64,000 bases of DNA from Candidatus Heimdallarchaeum endolithica (GTDB taxonomy: Archaea; Asgardarchaeota; Heimdallarchaeia; Heimdallarchaeales; Heimdallarchaeaceae): assembly GCA_021513715.1 (NCBI GenBank), contig CP084167.1, positions 2,592,001-2,656,000 on the forward strand, given 5' to 3'. The notes under the pieces are model-generated. The model searched no databases. It was not told where the DNA came from and worked only from the letters and a program-made list of their open reading frames with translations. This document shows, one piece after another, positions 1 through 10,344 of this stretch. The position numbers and the translations under genes are program-made. Positions within the stretch are counted from its first letter, which is position 1, and each line of letters starts with the position of its first letter.

Positions 1-66
1 AAAACTAGAAGATAGTGGATTTTGGTAAATAAAGAAATAGAATAATCAAAAAATGGTGTGTAATGT

Positions 67-1851
67 ATGTCCGAGGAAGAAAATCAAGAAATAGTGGACA
101 AGTATGAGAAAGAACTTGCAAAGCAAGAAGATGAATCAGCAAAAAAACAAAAGGTTAAGAAAGTAAAAACCAAAAAACAGAGTAAAAAACCAAAGAAAAA
201 ATTTAAGCTTCAAAAAGTAAAATTTACGAAATATTCTTTGGCTATGACTTTGTTGTTTCTCATAGTTATAATTCCACTATTTATTGGTTTGGTTGGCTTG
301 GGTGGAAAAAGTGTGAAATTTTCCATCTATAACACTGGATGGGATGGTCTTTCCACTGTGTATAATACATTACAAGCTGAAAATAAATATGAGATATCAA
401 ATGGAATGTCAAGTTTGACAATCTTGAACAGATTAAATAGTAGTGGTGTTCTTGTAATTATTGGTCCAACAACAAGTTATAATTTCGCAGAAACTATTAG
501 TCTTGTAACCTTTTTGGTTAGAGGAGGAAGTTTGATAGTTGCAGATGATTTTGGTTCAGGAAATAAGATATTTGAACCTTTTTGGAATGTTATTGAAACA
601 TATGACTCACTTGTTTCTTTGGGACTTGTTCCTTCCTTAACAGACATATTTTTTGGAAATCAAAGTTCTCCTTCAAATGTTACATCAGTTGAAGATTTAG
701 CTGGTGCAGCAATATTCGAGATGCTGGCTGGGATGTTAAAAGCAATAGGCTTTAACCAAACAGTATTAATGGACGCTGGAAGTAATTATGGGGGTGTAAG
801 TTCTCAACCATTGTTAAAAGATACAAACCCTGATAATCCTTTGACAGCTGGAATCACAAAAGGTGTTCAGATGGAATTTGGTACGGTATTAAGCGTTAAA
901 ATAAACAACTCTCGTTATAATCCTTCTACAAGACAGTATGAGTGGTATACAGATTGGGTTCCTTTGCAGCCTTTGTCTATAAATATTACGATTGAAGGTG
1001 GCGAATATGGCAATATGGAACCAATATTTATAGAAGATGTAATGTTGCCATTTCTCTCGTTTTTCACTACTACAACATCTTGGATGGAATCAAATTTTAG
1101 AGAAGCTTTAACTGGTGATGCGATACCAGATGAGGGTGAGTGGGGAAACACTGCTTTTGCGCCTATATTGTCAATACCTATAGGTAGAGGAAAAATAGTA
1201 ATGATTGGAGATCCTGACATTTTCATAAATAAATGGATAGAAGATACAGAACATAATGATAATCTTATATTTTGTCAGAATTTGTTTGATTATGTTACTG
1301 AAAATATTGTTGCAAATACAACAAGTGGAAAAATACCTATAATATTTGATGAAGGACATACACAATATAAATTTTATAGTCCAGCTCTGGTATCGACTAT
1401 TTTAATGAGGTTGATTACAGAGATGTCTATGTATCCACTTTATTCACCTTTTGTTCCTATTATGTTTGCAGTTATGGCATATCCCCTAATACCAAAAACT
1501 AGACGATTGACTCCTGTATTGTGGACACGATACAGAGGAGAAAGAGGAAGATCACGTTTTGAGCGTGAAATAAAAAGAATATTAGAAACTGGAAGCTACA
1601 GTGAAGCAGTAGGTTTGCTTTATAGGTCCATGTTAAGGGGAGTAAGAAAAGTTGATACTTCTGCCGCAAGTTCTCCTAGAGCTTTGGCAGAGTTCTTTAT
1701 TTCAAGGGGATTCCCCTTGAAAAAGGGAGCTTTGGTAAGCGAATTTGAGCGAATTGATCGCTATCTACAAAGACCAAAGTTGCTCCCACAATCAGAATTT
1801 GAAAAAATGTTGCAGTTTATCAAAAATCTAATTGATACTCTGCCTAAATAA
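67..1851 (+). CDS. DUF4350-like membrane protein, first gene of a MoxR operon
   Basis: Basic N-terminus, TM helix, 'SIYNTGWDGLS', 'GGSLIVADDF', 'GKIVMIGDPDIFIN' and 'IIFDEGH' motifs; directly upstream of a MoxR ATPase. Confidence 0.7.
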   Translation: MSEEENQEIVDKYEKELAKQEDESAKKQKVKKVKTKKQSKKPKKKFKLQKVKFTKYSLAMTLLFLIVIIPLFIGLVGLGGKSVKFSIYNTGWDGLSTVYNTLQAENKYEISNGMSSLTILNRLNSSGVLVIIGPTTSYNFAETISLVTFLVRGGSLIVADDFGSGNKIFEPFWNVIETYDSLVSLGLVPSLTDIFFGNQSSPSNVTSVEDLAGAAIFEMLAGMLKAIGFNQTVLMDAGSNYGGVSSQPLLKDTNPDNPLTAGITKGVQMEFGTVLSVKINNSRYNPSTRQYEWYTDWVPLQPLSINITIEGGEYGNMEPIFIEDVMLPFLSFFTTTTSWMESNFREALTGDAIPDEGEWGNTAFAPILSIPIGRGKIVMIGDPDIFINKWIEDTEHNDNLIFCQNLFDYVTENIVANTTSGKIPIIFDEGHTQYKFYSPALVSTILMRLITEMSMYPLYSPFVPIMFAVMAYPLIPKTRRLTPVLWTRYRGERGRSRFEREIKRILETGSYSEAVGLLYRSMLRGVRKVDTSAASSPRALAEFFISRGFPLKKGALVSEFERIDRYLQRPKLLPQSEFEKMLQFIKNLIDTLPK

Positions 1852-1907
1852 AATAATGTTTCAAAGAAATAAAAAAATCAAAAAAAAGAAAAGGAAAGTG
1901 AAAAAAA

Positions 1908-2912
1908 ATGAGTGAAGAAGAAAAACCGGCTAAAAAACCGGCTAAAGGAAAAGCACAAACTGAAGCAGTGGTTACACCAAAAGATATCAAAAGAGTGTGG
2001 TCAGAGATCTATGCTGAATTAAAACGTGTAATTATTGGTAAATTAGATGTACTAGAAGATCTCTTTATTGCTCTTCTTGCAAGAGGGCATGTGTTGCTTG
2101 AAGGTGTACCTGGTGTTGCAAAAACTGTGATGGCTAAAAATTTTGCTGCTACACTTGGGGCTGAATTCAAAAGAGGACAATTTACTCCTGACTTACTCCC
2201 AAGCGATGTAGTAGGTACTACTATATATGATCCTAAAGCAGGAACATTTAAGATGAGAAAAGGCCCCATATTTACAAACATCTTCTTGGCTGACGAAATT
2301 AATCGAAGTCCTCCAAAAACCCAAGCTGCTTTGCTTGAAGCTATGGCTGAGAAACAAGTCACAGTAGAAGGAACCACATTTAAACTTGAGCCACCTTTTC
2401 TGGTAATTGCAACTCAGAACCCTGTAGAACAAGAAGGAACATACCCATTACCGGAAGCACAAGTAGATCGTTTTATGTTTAAATTGATTGTTGACCTACC
2501 TTCTCCAGAGGAAGAAATAGAAATAATTGATCTTTCACATAAACATGCTTTTCGTACAGTTCGCAGAATAACCACTCCTATGACTATCATTAGAATGATA
2601 GAAACTGTGGAAAAGAGAATCTATGTACATGAAGACATTATGTCCTACATCAGAGATATTACTGTAGCAACTCGTACTGATCCACGATTATTACTTGGTG
2701 GTTCTCCAAGATGTAGTATTGCGCTGTTAAATGCTTCAAAAGCTGTGGCAGCAATGAATGGCAGAGACTACGTTATTCCTGATGATGTTAAACGTGTCGC
2801 CAAGATAGGTGCAGCTCATCGTTTACAAATGAAACCTGAAGCGGAGTTGGAAGGTACCACTGGAAATATGGTTATGGATGATATCTTACGCAATTTACCT
2901 GTACCCGTATAA
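1908..2912 (+). CDS. moxR: MoxR family AAA+ ATPase
   Basis: 'LLEGVPGVAKT' Walker A, 'QFTPDLLPSD', 'LADEINRSPPKTQAALLEAM', 'ATQNPVEQEGTYPLPEAQVDRF'. Confidence 0.95.
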   Translation: MSEEEKPAKKPAKGKAQTEAVVTPKDIKRVWSEIYAELKRVIIGKLDVLEDLFIALLARGHVLLEGVPGVAKTVMAKNFAATLGAEFKRGQFTPDLLPSDVVGTTIYDPKAGTFKMRKGPIFTNIFLADEINRSPPKTQAALLEAMAEKQVTVEGTTFKLEPPFLVIATQNPVEQEGTYPLPEAQVDRFMFKLIVDLPSPEEEIEIIDLSHKHAFRTVRRITTPMTIIRMIETVEKRIYVHEDIMSYIRDITVATRTDPRLLLGGSPRCSIALLNASKAVAAMNGRDYVIPDDVKRVAKIGAAHRLQMKPEAELEGTTGNMVMDDILRNLPVPV

Positions 2913-2922
2913 ACTTAATTAG

Positions 2923-4371
2923 GTGATTACAATCTTTACACGAAGAGGAGGATACCTGATATTCTTTGGTATTGTAATGATTAGCATAGGCTTTGCACTT
3001 GCAGGTTTCCTAGCTCTAAATAACATTCTTGAATCATTTGGAGCACATCCAGTGCCTGAGACATCAACAGAACCCCCCCAAGGAACAGGATTAATGGACC
3101 TTTTCCATTTCTACCTTTTAGATTCGACTCTAATATGGTATTTCATCATCCTAGGAGTTATGCTTATTTTCTCCGTTATGCTTGGCTTACCATTCTATAG
3201 ACTTGGTGCAAATCCTGAATCTATTGAAATAAAAAGAAAAGTAGCTAAAGCAAAAGCTTTTGCTGGGGATTATGTGTATATAGAAGTGACAGTAAGAAAC
3301 AAATCAGTAAATCAGCTTCCCCATGTAGAAATTTATGATGCTATTCCAGAAGTTTTTGACTTGGTGTTAGGAGAAAATTTCATCATTACACAACTGAACC
3401 CAAAAGAAATAGTAACTTTTGGATATGTAGTAAGGATTCCAATAAGAGGGTTGTTTAACATTGGACCAACTAAAATAATAATTAAAGACCGAATGGGTTT
3501 TTATGCTACAGAAGGTGAAATTAAAACAAAAACAGAGATATTAGTTTATCCAAGCTATGAGGATATTAGAAAAATGGAAATGATTGGTAAAAAACGCCGA
3601 TTAGGAGTTATTTTTGGAATGCATCGAACTAAAGTTAAAGGAATGGGTGATGACTTCGCAGGAATCAGACAATATCAAACAGGAGATCCATTCAAGTTTA
3701 TTGATTGGAAAAGCGTTGCACGTTCAGGCAAAATGATGGTTCGTGAATTTGAAGCTGAACAAAATATTAGAGTCATTATCATGATTGATGCTTCTGCAAG
3801 TATGGGTGCTGGACTTCCTAGAAATACGAAACTAGAATATGCTATCCGAAGTGCAGTGTTATTAATGCATCTGGCTTTTGAAAAGCATGATATGGTTGGT
3901 TTGTGTGTATATGATGATGAAGTGAGGACTTGGATTGATCTAACTAGCTCTAGAAGCAGACTATTTGCATTTTTAGAAGCATTGGCCTTAGTGAAACCTA
4001 GGGGCGAATCAGATTTAGAGAAAGCTATGGATTATGCAATAAAAAGAACAAGAAGAGCATCGTATATTGTTGTTTTGTCTGATTTAGAGTCTCATCCTCA
4101 AAAAATAGTTTCTGCAATAAGACAGGCACGAGGACGAAAACATCAGGTCACTGTGATAAGTCCATTTGGTCCATGGTTTGAGATTGTATCACAGCAATTA
4201 AGCCCTATAGAACAATTGATAGGTTATGCAATGGTTGAAAAGCAGATGGGTGAAAGATATAGAATGTTTAAAGCTATAAGAAAATTCGATGCTACAACTG
4301 TTAATGTAGGTCCAGATGACTTCTTGCCTACTATAATGGCTCAATTTAGAAGAATGCAAAGGAGAGGATAA
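2923..4371 (+). CDS. DUF58 / von Willebrand A domain membrane protein (MoxR partner)
   Basis: 'DFAGIRQYQTGDPFKFIDWKSVAR', 'VREFEAE', 'IDASASM' MIDAS-like motif, 'VLSD'; two N-terminal TM helices. Confidence 0.9.
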   Translation: MITIFTRRGGYLIFFGIVMISIGFALAGFLALNNILESFGAHPVPETSTEPPQGTGLMDLFHFYLLDSTLIWYFIILGVMLIFSVMLGLPFYRLGANPESIEIKRKVAKAKAFAGDYVYIEVTVRNKSVNQLPHVEIYDAIPEVFDLVLGENFIITQLNPKEIVTFGYVVRIPIRGLFNIGPTKIIIKDRMGFYATEGEIKTKTEILVYPSYEDIRKMEMIGKKRRLGVIFGMHRTKVKGMGDDFAGIRQYQTGDPFKFIDWKSVARSGKMMVREFEAEQNIRVIIMIDASASMGAGLPRNTKLEYAIRSAVLLMHLAFEKHDMVGLCVYDDEVRTWIDLTSSRSRLFAFLEALALVKPRGESDLEKAMDYAIKRTRRASYIVVLSDLESHPQKIVSAIRQARGRKHQVTVISPFGPWFEIVSQQLSPIEQLIGYAMVEKQMGERYRMFKAIRKFDATTVNVGPDDFLPTIMAQFRRMQRRG

Positions 4372-4374
4372 AGA

Positions 4375-5889
4375 ATGGAATCGTTATCAGAAACAAGAAT
4401 GATTGATCTAGGAATTAGAGGTGTAGAACGAAGGCTCAAGGGCGCAAGAACGCAGACAATTATTACTAATGTAATCTCTAGAGTAATAGCAATAGGCGTG
4501 ATTTTGTGGCTGTTTCTTCAATTATGGACTAATATTGACAAAACAAAATTACCTCCAGGTCATTTGGTTGATTCTCTTACCATCGCCTTTCTTTATTTTG
4601 AGAGTGTTGCAGTTTTATTCTTCCTTATACCCATATTCTTAACCTCTCTGATTTTTGGGGCAATGGGCGGCAGTTCTGATGGAAGTGCTATATTACTTAC
4701 TGCTAGGGCATTCTTTACAGTAGACATTTTTAACAATGTATCTCCCCCTGAACCGTTGTCTTCATCTGATCTCTATGGGAGCGATAGCACAAACCTGCTT
4801 TCTGTTTTTACTAGCTCCTTTGGTTATCTGTGGAAAAACCGTGTCTTCTTTAAAGAAACTAACAGAGCAACAATTCTTATTTTAGCAGTTGTTATCTTCT
4901 GGTTAGGTGTAACTGCCTTCTTAATGAGGTCAGATATGCGAACGGCTGCGACTGTTTTTGCTTCTTCTCAATTTATTGTTCTATATGCTCAAACTCAATT
5001 ATTATTCAAAGATCAGTTGTCTTATTCTCCAACAGAAAAAATATTTGAGCTTTTTTCCTATGATGCAGTAATTACAGCTTTAGCCTCATATTTGTTCCTT
5101 GAAATAGCATTGCAAACTTCTTATATTTCAAAGATACTCAACCCAACACAAGACAGGCAAAAGAGGGTCTTACAAGCTCTTGATAGACTAAAGGAATTTA
5201 GACTGGGAGTAACTCCTGTAACAACTGAAATAAGTAAACCAGAGGAAGAGGAAACTAAAAAAGAAGCTTCAAAAACGATTTCTGGAGCAGGTAGCAGTTT
5301 AGTTAAAAAATATGGTGCTACAGCTGTTGCATTTTTAGCAGAAAAAACTAAAGACTCATTATTTGCTAAACCTGGGGGAAGACAAGCTAAATTAACTGGA
5401 AGGTTGCAACGATATCATGATAGTTTAGTGCATAGTGATACAGAAGTAGATCAAAAACTAGTGGGTGCGTCAGTTGCTGTTTCACCAATGATGACTATTG
5501 TATATATTACAATATCAATCATCTTTAGACTAGTAATTATGATGTTAGGATTATTCTTAGTCTTGAACCCTGATATTCTGTTGTTTATTCTTCGTTATCC
5601 TCCTTCAATTTATTATAGCTTAGAACTGTTAGAACCTGAAGGAGTGGTTTTGCTATTAATTCCTATTATAGTGATGATTTTATTGCTTACAGAATTAATA
5701 GGTTATATACAAAAAAGATTGGCTGCAAGAATAAGTCAAGAAAAAACAGAAGAAGAACTAATGGAAGAAATACAGTATGAAGAAGAAGAGGGGACAGGAA
5801 TAGTAACTGAAGGGCCGATAAGCGGAATATCAGAGGAAGAATTATTCTATAAACAATTAGAAGAAGAATTCTCTGATGAAGAAGAATAA
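4375..5889 (+). CDS. Multi-pass membrane protein of unknown function with acidic C-terminal tail
   Basis: 504-aa ORF with several hydrophobic helices; starts 3 nt after the DUF58 gene. Confidence 0.7.
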   Translation: MESLSETRMIDLGIRGVERRLKGARTQTIITNVISRVIAIGVILWLFLQLWTNIDKTKLPPGHLVDSLTIAFLYFESVAVLFFLIPIFLTSLIFGAMGGSSDGSAILLTARAFFTVDIFNNVSPPEPLSSSDLYGSDSTNLLSVFTSSFGYLWKNRVFFKETNRATILILAVVIFWLGVTAFLMRSDMRTAATVFASSQFIVLYAQTQLLFKDQLSYSPTEKIFELFSYDAVITALASYLFLEIALQTSYISKILNPTQDRQKRVLQALDRLKEFRLGVTPVTTEISKPEEEETKKEASKTISGAGSSLVKKYGATAVAFLAEKTKDSLFAKPGGRQAKLTGRLQRYHDSLVHSDTEVDQKLVGASVAVSPMMTIVYITISIIFRLVIMMLGLFLVLNPDILLFILRYPPSIYYSLELLEPEGVVLLLIPIIVMILLLTELIGYIQKRLAARISQEKTEEELMEEIQYEEEEGTGIVTEGPISGISEEELFYKQLEEEFSDEEE

Positions 5890-6019
5890 AAATAGAACAA
5901 AACTTTCCTTTTCTTTTTATTTTTTTAAGAACTAAATTTCACTTTTTTGATATTTATTAATACCAAAAGAAAATAATGAACTTCAAAATAAAAAATGGAA
6001 TAAATAAAAAAATAAACAA

Positions 6020-8251
6020 TTATGTTCGTTTATACATGAATCTGTCCCAATTGTTGGCTGTTGGTATCTCTGCTGGTAATCCTTTTCTTTCTCTGATGCT
6101 GGCGATAACCTCTTGTTCAAGGTTTGTTGGTACTGGTTCGAAACCTAAAAATTGATAACCAAAGAAAGCTTTTCCTGAACTTTCACTACGGATCTCATCA
6201 GCTAAGTGAATTGTTTCAGCAGTAGGAACCTTGCCTTTGAGTTTAGTGTTTTCTCCCTCTGTAGTCATGTCAAGTATCATTCCTCTATGTTGGGTAAGCA
6301 ACGCTGTTATATTTCCAATGAATTCATTAGGAACTTTTATGTCAATTTGTAATATGGGTTCTAAGAGTTGAGGGTTGGATAAAATGAAAGTGGTATGAAA
6401 ACCAGCGAGACTCATCTGGAAGATTTCACTGAAACCAGTGTGTGCAGGATCAACGTGAACAACAGCATCAGTTATTGTGAATTTTGCACCCATTAAAGGT
6501 TCTTTTGCGAGTGTAGCTCCACTAGCAAAATCATGAAAGACTTGGATGATATATTGTTGAATGTTTTCTAAACGTTGAACACCTTTAGTATTATCTACCA
6601 AAATATTAGTGTCAGCAATAGCCCAAATTCTTCTTGCTTCTCTAGCATCCCAACCTGCTTCTTCATGAAGAGTGGCTGCACGTTCTTTTCTGTCTTGATC
6701 CATATTCACTTTACCTGATTTAATAAGCTCGATTGTTTTTTCATCTAAAGGTTCAACATGAACTTCAAATCTGTTATGACCATTTGGAGATTTGGCGAAG
6801 ACATCAGGACCTCGAGTAGTGGGTCTTTCTCTGTAAACAATAATAGGATCACTTACCTCAATATCAACTTGTTCTCTAATTCTAGTAACTAGAATCTCGA
6901 TTTGTAAGGGGTCAATACCCGAGAGCACATAGGTTTTAGACTCTTCATCATGGCGAAAAGCAGCTGTAGGGTCTGCCATAATCCATTTGGATACAACTTC
7001 TCCTAATTTAGCTATGTCTTGTGGGTCTTTAGGCTTGATGGTACGGCTGACAACAGGTTCAGCAACATAGGAAATTTCCTCAAATGGATGTATTTTACCA
7101 ATATCTTTAGCATTAATGAAAGTTTCACCAGCAGGGCAGATGAAACCGAAGATGGCAAAAAGATTTCCTGCAGGGATTTCATCAACATCAAGAATATCTG
7201 TAATTTCCATTACTCCTAAACGTTTAATGTTAGTTTTGTCTTTTTTACCAACCAAGTATAGTGTGTCAGATTTACGAAGAGTACCACTATAAACACGACC
7301 AATTAAAGTAGGACGCTTAGATTTGGGTTCAATGAAGATTTTGGTAATCATGCCCATTAAAGGACCGTTGGGGTCAGCATTAAGTAAAGCCTTTCCTTGA
7401 GGACTTTCGAGATCTCCTGACCAAATGTTAGGGATTTTAACTTTTTGACCATCCTCAGGATTGGGTAAATGTTTGATAACCATCTCAAGTAAAGGTTCCT
7501 CTAGAGGAAGATTTTTGCGTAGCCATTCTTTATCGTTTTGATTGTATTTTTCAAAAATATCTTGAGGTTTGATCTTTAGGCGTTTTAAAGTGGACATGTT
7601 GAATGCCCAACCATCTTTGGCTGAACCAATTGCTACAGAGTCATCAGTAAACTTTACACGCCATTTTTTCGCTAATTCTTTAGGTGCATTAGCTTCAATA
7701 AGTTTGTTTACTTCAGTAATAATAGCATCAATTCTGCTAAAAACTTGATCAGGTTTTAAACGAAGTTCAGAAATAAGACGGTCAACCTTGTTAATGTATA
7801 AAACAGGTTTACACATTTCTCCAATAGACAAACGAATATTGGTTTCTGTTTGAGTCATAACTCCTTCAAGAGCATCAACTAAAAGAATAACGCCATCAGA
7901 CCCACGAAGAGCACGACTAACTTCACCAGTAAAACTAATGTGTCCTGGAGTGTCATTAATCTCCATTAAATAACGTTTAGTTTCACCATTTTCATCTGTA
8001 TACTCGTAATCAAGAAGAACAACAGAAGTAAAAATGGTAATACCACGTTCTTGTTCTTCTTGATCTGAATCCATCATAACTTTTTTACCAGCGTCTGCAT
8101 CAGACATGAGTCCAGCTTTTCTTAATAGATAATCGCTTGTTGTTGTTTTTCCATGATCTATGTGAGCTGCGATACTGAACACTCTTCTTAGTTCATTTGG
8201 GTGCTCTTTGATCATTTGTCTAATATCGTCAGCATTTTTTACTTTAACCAT
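6020..8251 (-). CDS. Archaeal elongation factor 2 family GTPase (divergent; possibly the Asgard EF-2 paralog)
   Basis: G1 AHIDHGKTT, G2 ERGITI, G3 DTPGH, G4 NKVD; domain V 'IRERKGLP'; diphthamide loop reads HVDPAHTG. Confidence 0.9.
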   Translation of the reverse strand: MVKVKNADDIRQMIKEHPNELRRVFSIAAHIDHGKTTTSDYLLRKAGLMSDADAGKKVMMDSDQEEQERGITIFTSVVLLDYEYTDENGETKRYLMEINDTPGHISFTGEVSRALRGSDGVILLVDALEGVMTQTETNIRLSIGEMCKPVLYINKVDRLISELRLKPDQVFSRIDAIITEVNKLIEANAPKELAKKWRVKFTDDSVAIGSAKDGWAFNMSTLKRLKIKPQDIFEKYNQNDKEWLRKNLPLEEPLLEMVIKHLPNPEDGQKVKIPNIWSGDLESPQGKALLNADPNGPLMGMITKIFIEPKSKRPTLIGRVYSGTLRKSDTLYLVGKKDKTNIKRLGVMEITDILDVDEIPAGNLFAIFGFICPAGETFINAKDIGKIHPFEEISYVAEPVVSRTIKPKDPQDIAKLGEVVSKWIMADPTAAFRHDEESKTYVLSGIDPLQIEILVTRIREQVDIEVSDPIIVYRERPTTRGPDVFAKSPNGHNRFEVHVEPLDEKTIELIKSGKVNMDQDRKERAATLHEEAGWDAREARRIWAIADTNILVDNTKGVQRLENIQQYIIQVFHDFASGATLAKEPLMGAKFTITDAVVHVDPAHTGFSEIFQMSLAGFHTTFILSNPQLLEPILQIDIKVPNEFIGNITALLTQHRGMILDMTTEGENTKLKGKVPTAETIHLADEIRSESSGKAFFGYQFLGFEPVPTNLEQEVIASIRERKGLPAEIPTANNWDRFMYKRT

Positions 8252-8257
8252 AATTTT

Positions 8258-8262
8258 TCACC
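8258..8262 (-). promoter_or_regulatory. Archaeal Shine-Dalgarno-like GGTGA upstream of the EF-2 family gene
   Basis: Minus strand reads GGTGAAAAATTATG; similar GGTGA/GGAG motifs precede other starts (e.g. 16943, 26120, 42122, 59265). Confidence 0.55.
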
Positions 8263-8500
8263 ATTATTTAACATTAGTACTAATCATAAGTTTACTAATT
8301 GCTTTTCATTAAGTTGAGCGAACTTTCAAAATTTGAATTATAAAGTTAATGATTATATAGTTCTTTCTTTGAGTGTACTATTTGTTGCTAGTAAATCAAG
8401 CATTCAAATTATGTTTTCTTCTCCTAGTTTAACTAAAAAATATTTGGTTTTTTTATTTCTTTAACAATAAGAGTTAAGAATTTCTCTTCTATTTTAACTT

Positions 8501-9655
8501 GTGCAGACTCTATATGCTCATAAAGCTTTAATTGGTGAAAATTTAGAATTAAAGAAAAGTGTCTTAATTGCTTTCTCTGAGGATGGTAATATTCAATCTT
8601 TAGATTTTGATGTAGAAAATTTCTCTGCTGATATAGTTCTGTCTAAAGATACTTTAGTTCTTCCTAGTTTTATTAATATGCATACTCATATTGGTGATTT
8701 TCTACTTAAAGATCGAGGGTTTGGTTTGTCTTTAAGAGAAGTTGTTGGTAAAAATGGAATTAAACATTCTTTTCTCACGCAGATAAGTGATGAACGTCTC
8801 CAATTTTCTTTGAAACAATCTCTTTCCCTTCTCATTTCAAATGGCTACTCTACTTTTATAGACTTTCGGGAGGGAGGAATTAAAGGCGTTTCAGCGTTAA
8901 GGAAAATCTTAAAATCATTTTCTATTCGAGGTATCATATTAGGACGTCCTTATGGTAGTGAAAAAATAGCTGATCTAGTTGGATATGTTGATGGCTTTGG
9001 TTTTTCAGATGTTTTTTCAATATTTGAAAAAGATGAATTAATAACTAACTTAAACAAAATTTGTTCTTCAAATCCTGAGTTATTGCTTTCAATACATATT
9101 GCTGAAACAAAAGAAATAGTAGAAAAATCTATACTAAAAATAGGAAAATCAGACTTCAATTACGTTATGGATAAGTTTACTCCATCTTTTATTGTTCATT
9201 GTAACTATATTACGGAAGATGAAGAATTTCGTAAAATTAAAGAGCATAAATTAGGTGTTGTCTGTTGTCCTCTAACAGCTTCATATTTTGGACTAAGATT
9301 TCCTCCAATAGCTGAATGTTTGAAGTATAATATTCCTCTTGCTCTAGGGACAGATAATATAATGATTGCTGACGTTAATCCTTTCTTTCTTTTGCGTTTT
9401 ACTCTTCTAAGTTTATCTTCTAAAGGCGTTTTTCTTTCTCCTAAAGCTCTCCTGAAAACACTTACTGTTAACCCTGGGTTAATGCTTAACAAGAAAATAG
9501 GTCAAATTTCTCCAGGTTACAAAGCTGATTTAATAGGTATAAATATGTCATCTCTAAATATTATACATTCAAGAGATATCTACAAAGCATTAGTTTTTAG
9601 GACTTCAGTTAAAGATGTAAACTTTCAAATGTTTGAAGGGCGGAAGATAAAATGA
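8501..9655 (+). CDS. Metal-dependent amidohydrolase/deaminase superfamily protein
   Basis: 'FINMHTH', 'HIAE', 'VHCN', 'ALGTDN', 'GYKADL' motifs; stop overlaps next start (ATGA). Confidence 0.85.
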   Translation: MQTLYAHKALIGENLELKKSVLIAFSEDGNIQSLDFDVENFSADIVLSKDTLVLPSFINMHTHIGDFLLKDRGFGLSLREVVGKNGIKHSFLTQISDERLQFSLKQSLSLLISNGYSTFIDFREGGIKGVSALRKILKSFSIRGIILGRPYGSEKIADLVGYVDGFGFSDVFSIFEKDELITNLNKICSSNPELLLSIHIAETKEIVEKSILKIGKSDFNYVMDKFTPSFIVHCNYITEDEEFRKIKEHKLGVVCCPLTASYFGLRFPPIAECLKYNIPLALGTDNIMIADVNPFFLLRFTLLSLSSKGVFLSPKALLKTLTVNPGLMLNKKIGQISPGYKADLIGINMSSLNIIHSRDIYKALVFRTSVKDVNFQMFEGRKIK

Positions 9656-10344
9656 TAGAGGAACTTTTAAGACCAAAAGTAGTCATAAATGTTGCTTGTT
9701 CTTTAGATGGAATAATAGCAACTAATAAAGGACCTTTGGATTTGTCTAATGAAGAAGATTGGTCTCGTGTTCATACTCTACGAAATAACTCTGACGCTAT
9801 TTTAGTTGGTATTAATACAATAATTAACGATAATCCAGGATTGAAAGTTAAACACGTTAAATTAACTCCTCCTCATCCTTATAGAGTTATTCTTGATAGT
9901 TGCGCTAGAATACCTTTAGATGCTAAAGTTTTGCAAGAACAGGCTACATTTCCCACTATTTTATTTACCTCTGAAATTACTAAATCTAAATCTCTTGTAC
10001 TTAAGGAAAAAGGTGTGTCAATTGAAATTGTGAATAAAACAGAAAAAGGTTTTCTGGATCTTGGAATGATATTAGACATTCTTTATAAAAAATATAATAT
10101 TAAAAAATTAATGGTTGAGGGAGGAGGAAAAGTAGTTGCTAGTTTTATCACTTACAAGCTGGTTGATGAATTAATAATTTTTTATGCCCCCACATTTGTA
10201 GGTTCTATAGATGGGATCCCTCTTTTTCCTGTAAAGGCTAAAGAAACAATATCTGCACATGATAGAATTCAAAATTTAGATTGCAAAAAGATGGGTGATG
10301 GATTTCTCATCAAAATTCAGTATGGAGAAAACAAATGTCAATAG
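9652..10344 (+). CDS. arfC: 2,5-diamino-6-(ribosylamino)-4(3H)-pyrimidinone 5'-phosphate reductase (RibD C-terminal / Rib7-type)
   Basis: 'ACSLDGIIA', 'DAILVGINTIINDNP', 'RVILDS', 'LMVEGGG'; no deaminase domain. Confidence 0.8.
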   Translation: MIEELLRPKVVINVACSLDGIIATNKGPLDLSNEEDWSRVHTLRNNSDAILVGINTIINDNPGLKVKHVKLTPPHPYRVILDSCARIPLDAKVLQEQATFPTILFTSEITKSKSLVLKEKGVSIEIVNKTEKGFLDLGMILDILYKKYNIKKLMVEGGGKVVASFITYKLVDELIIFYAPTFVGSIDGIPLFPVKAKETISAHDRIQNLDCKKMGDGFLIKIQYGENKCQ

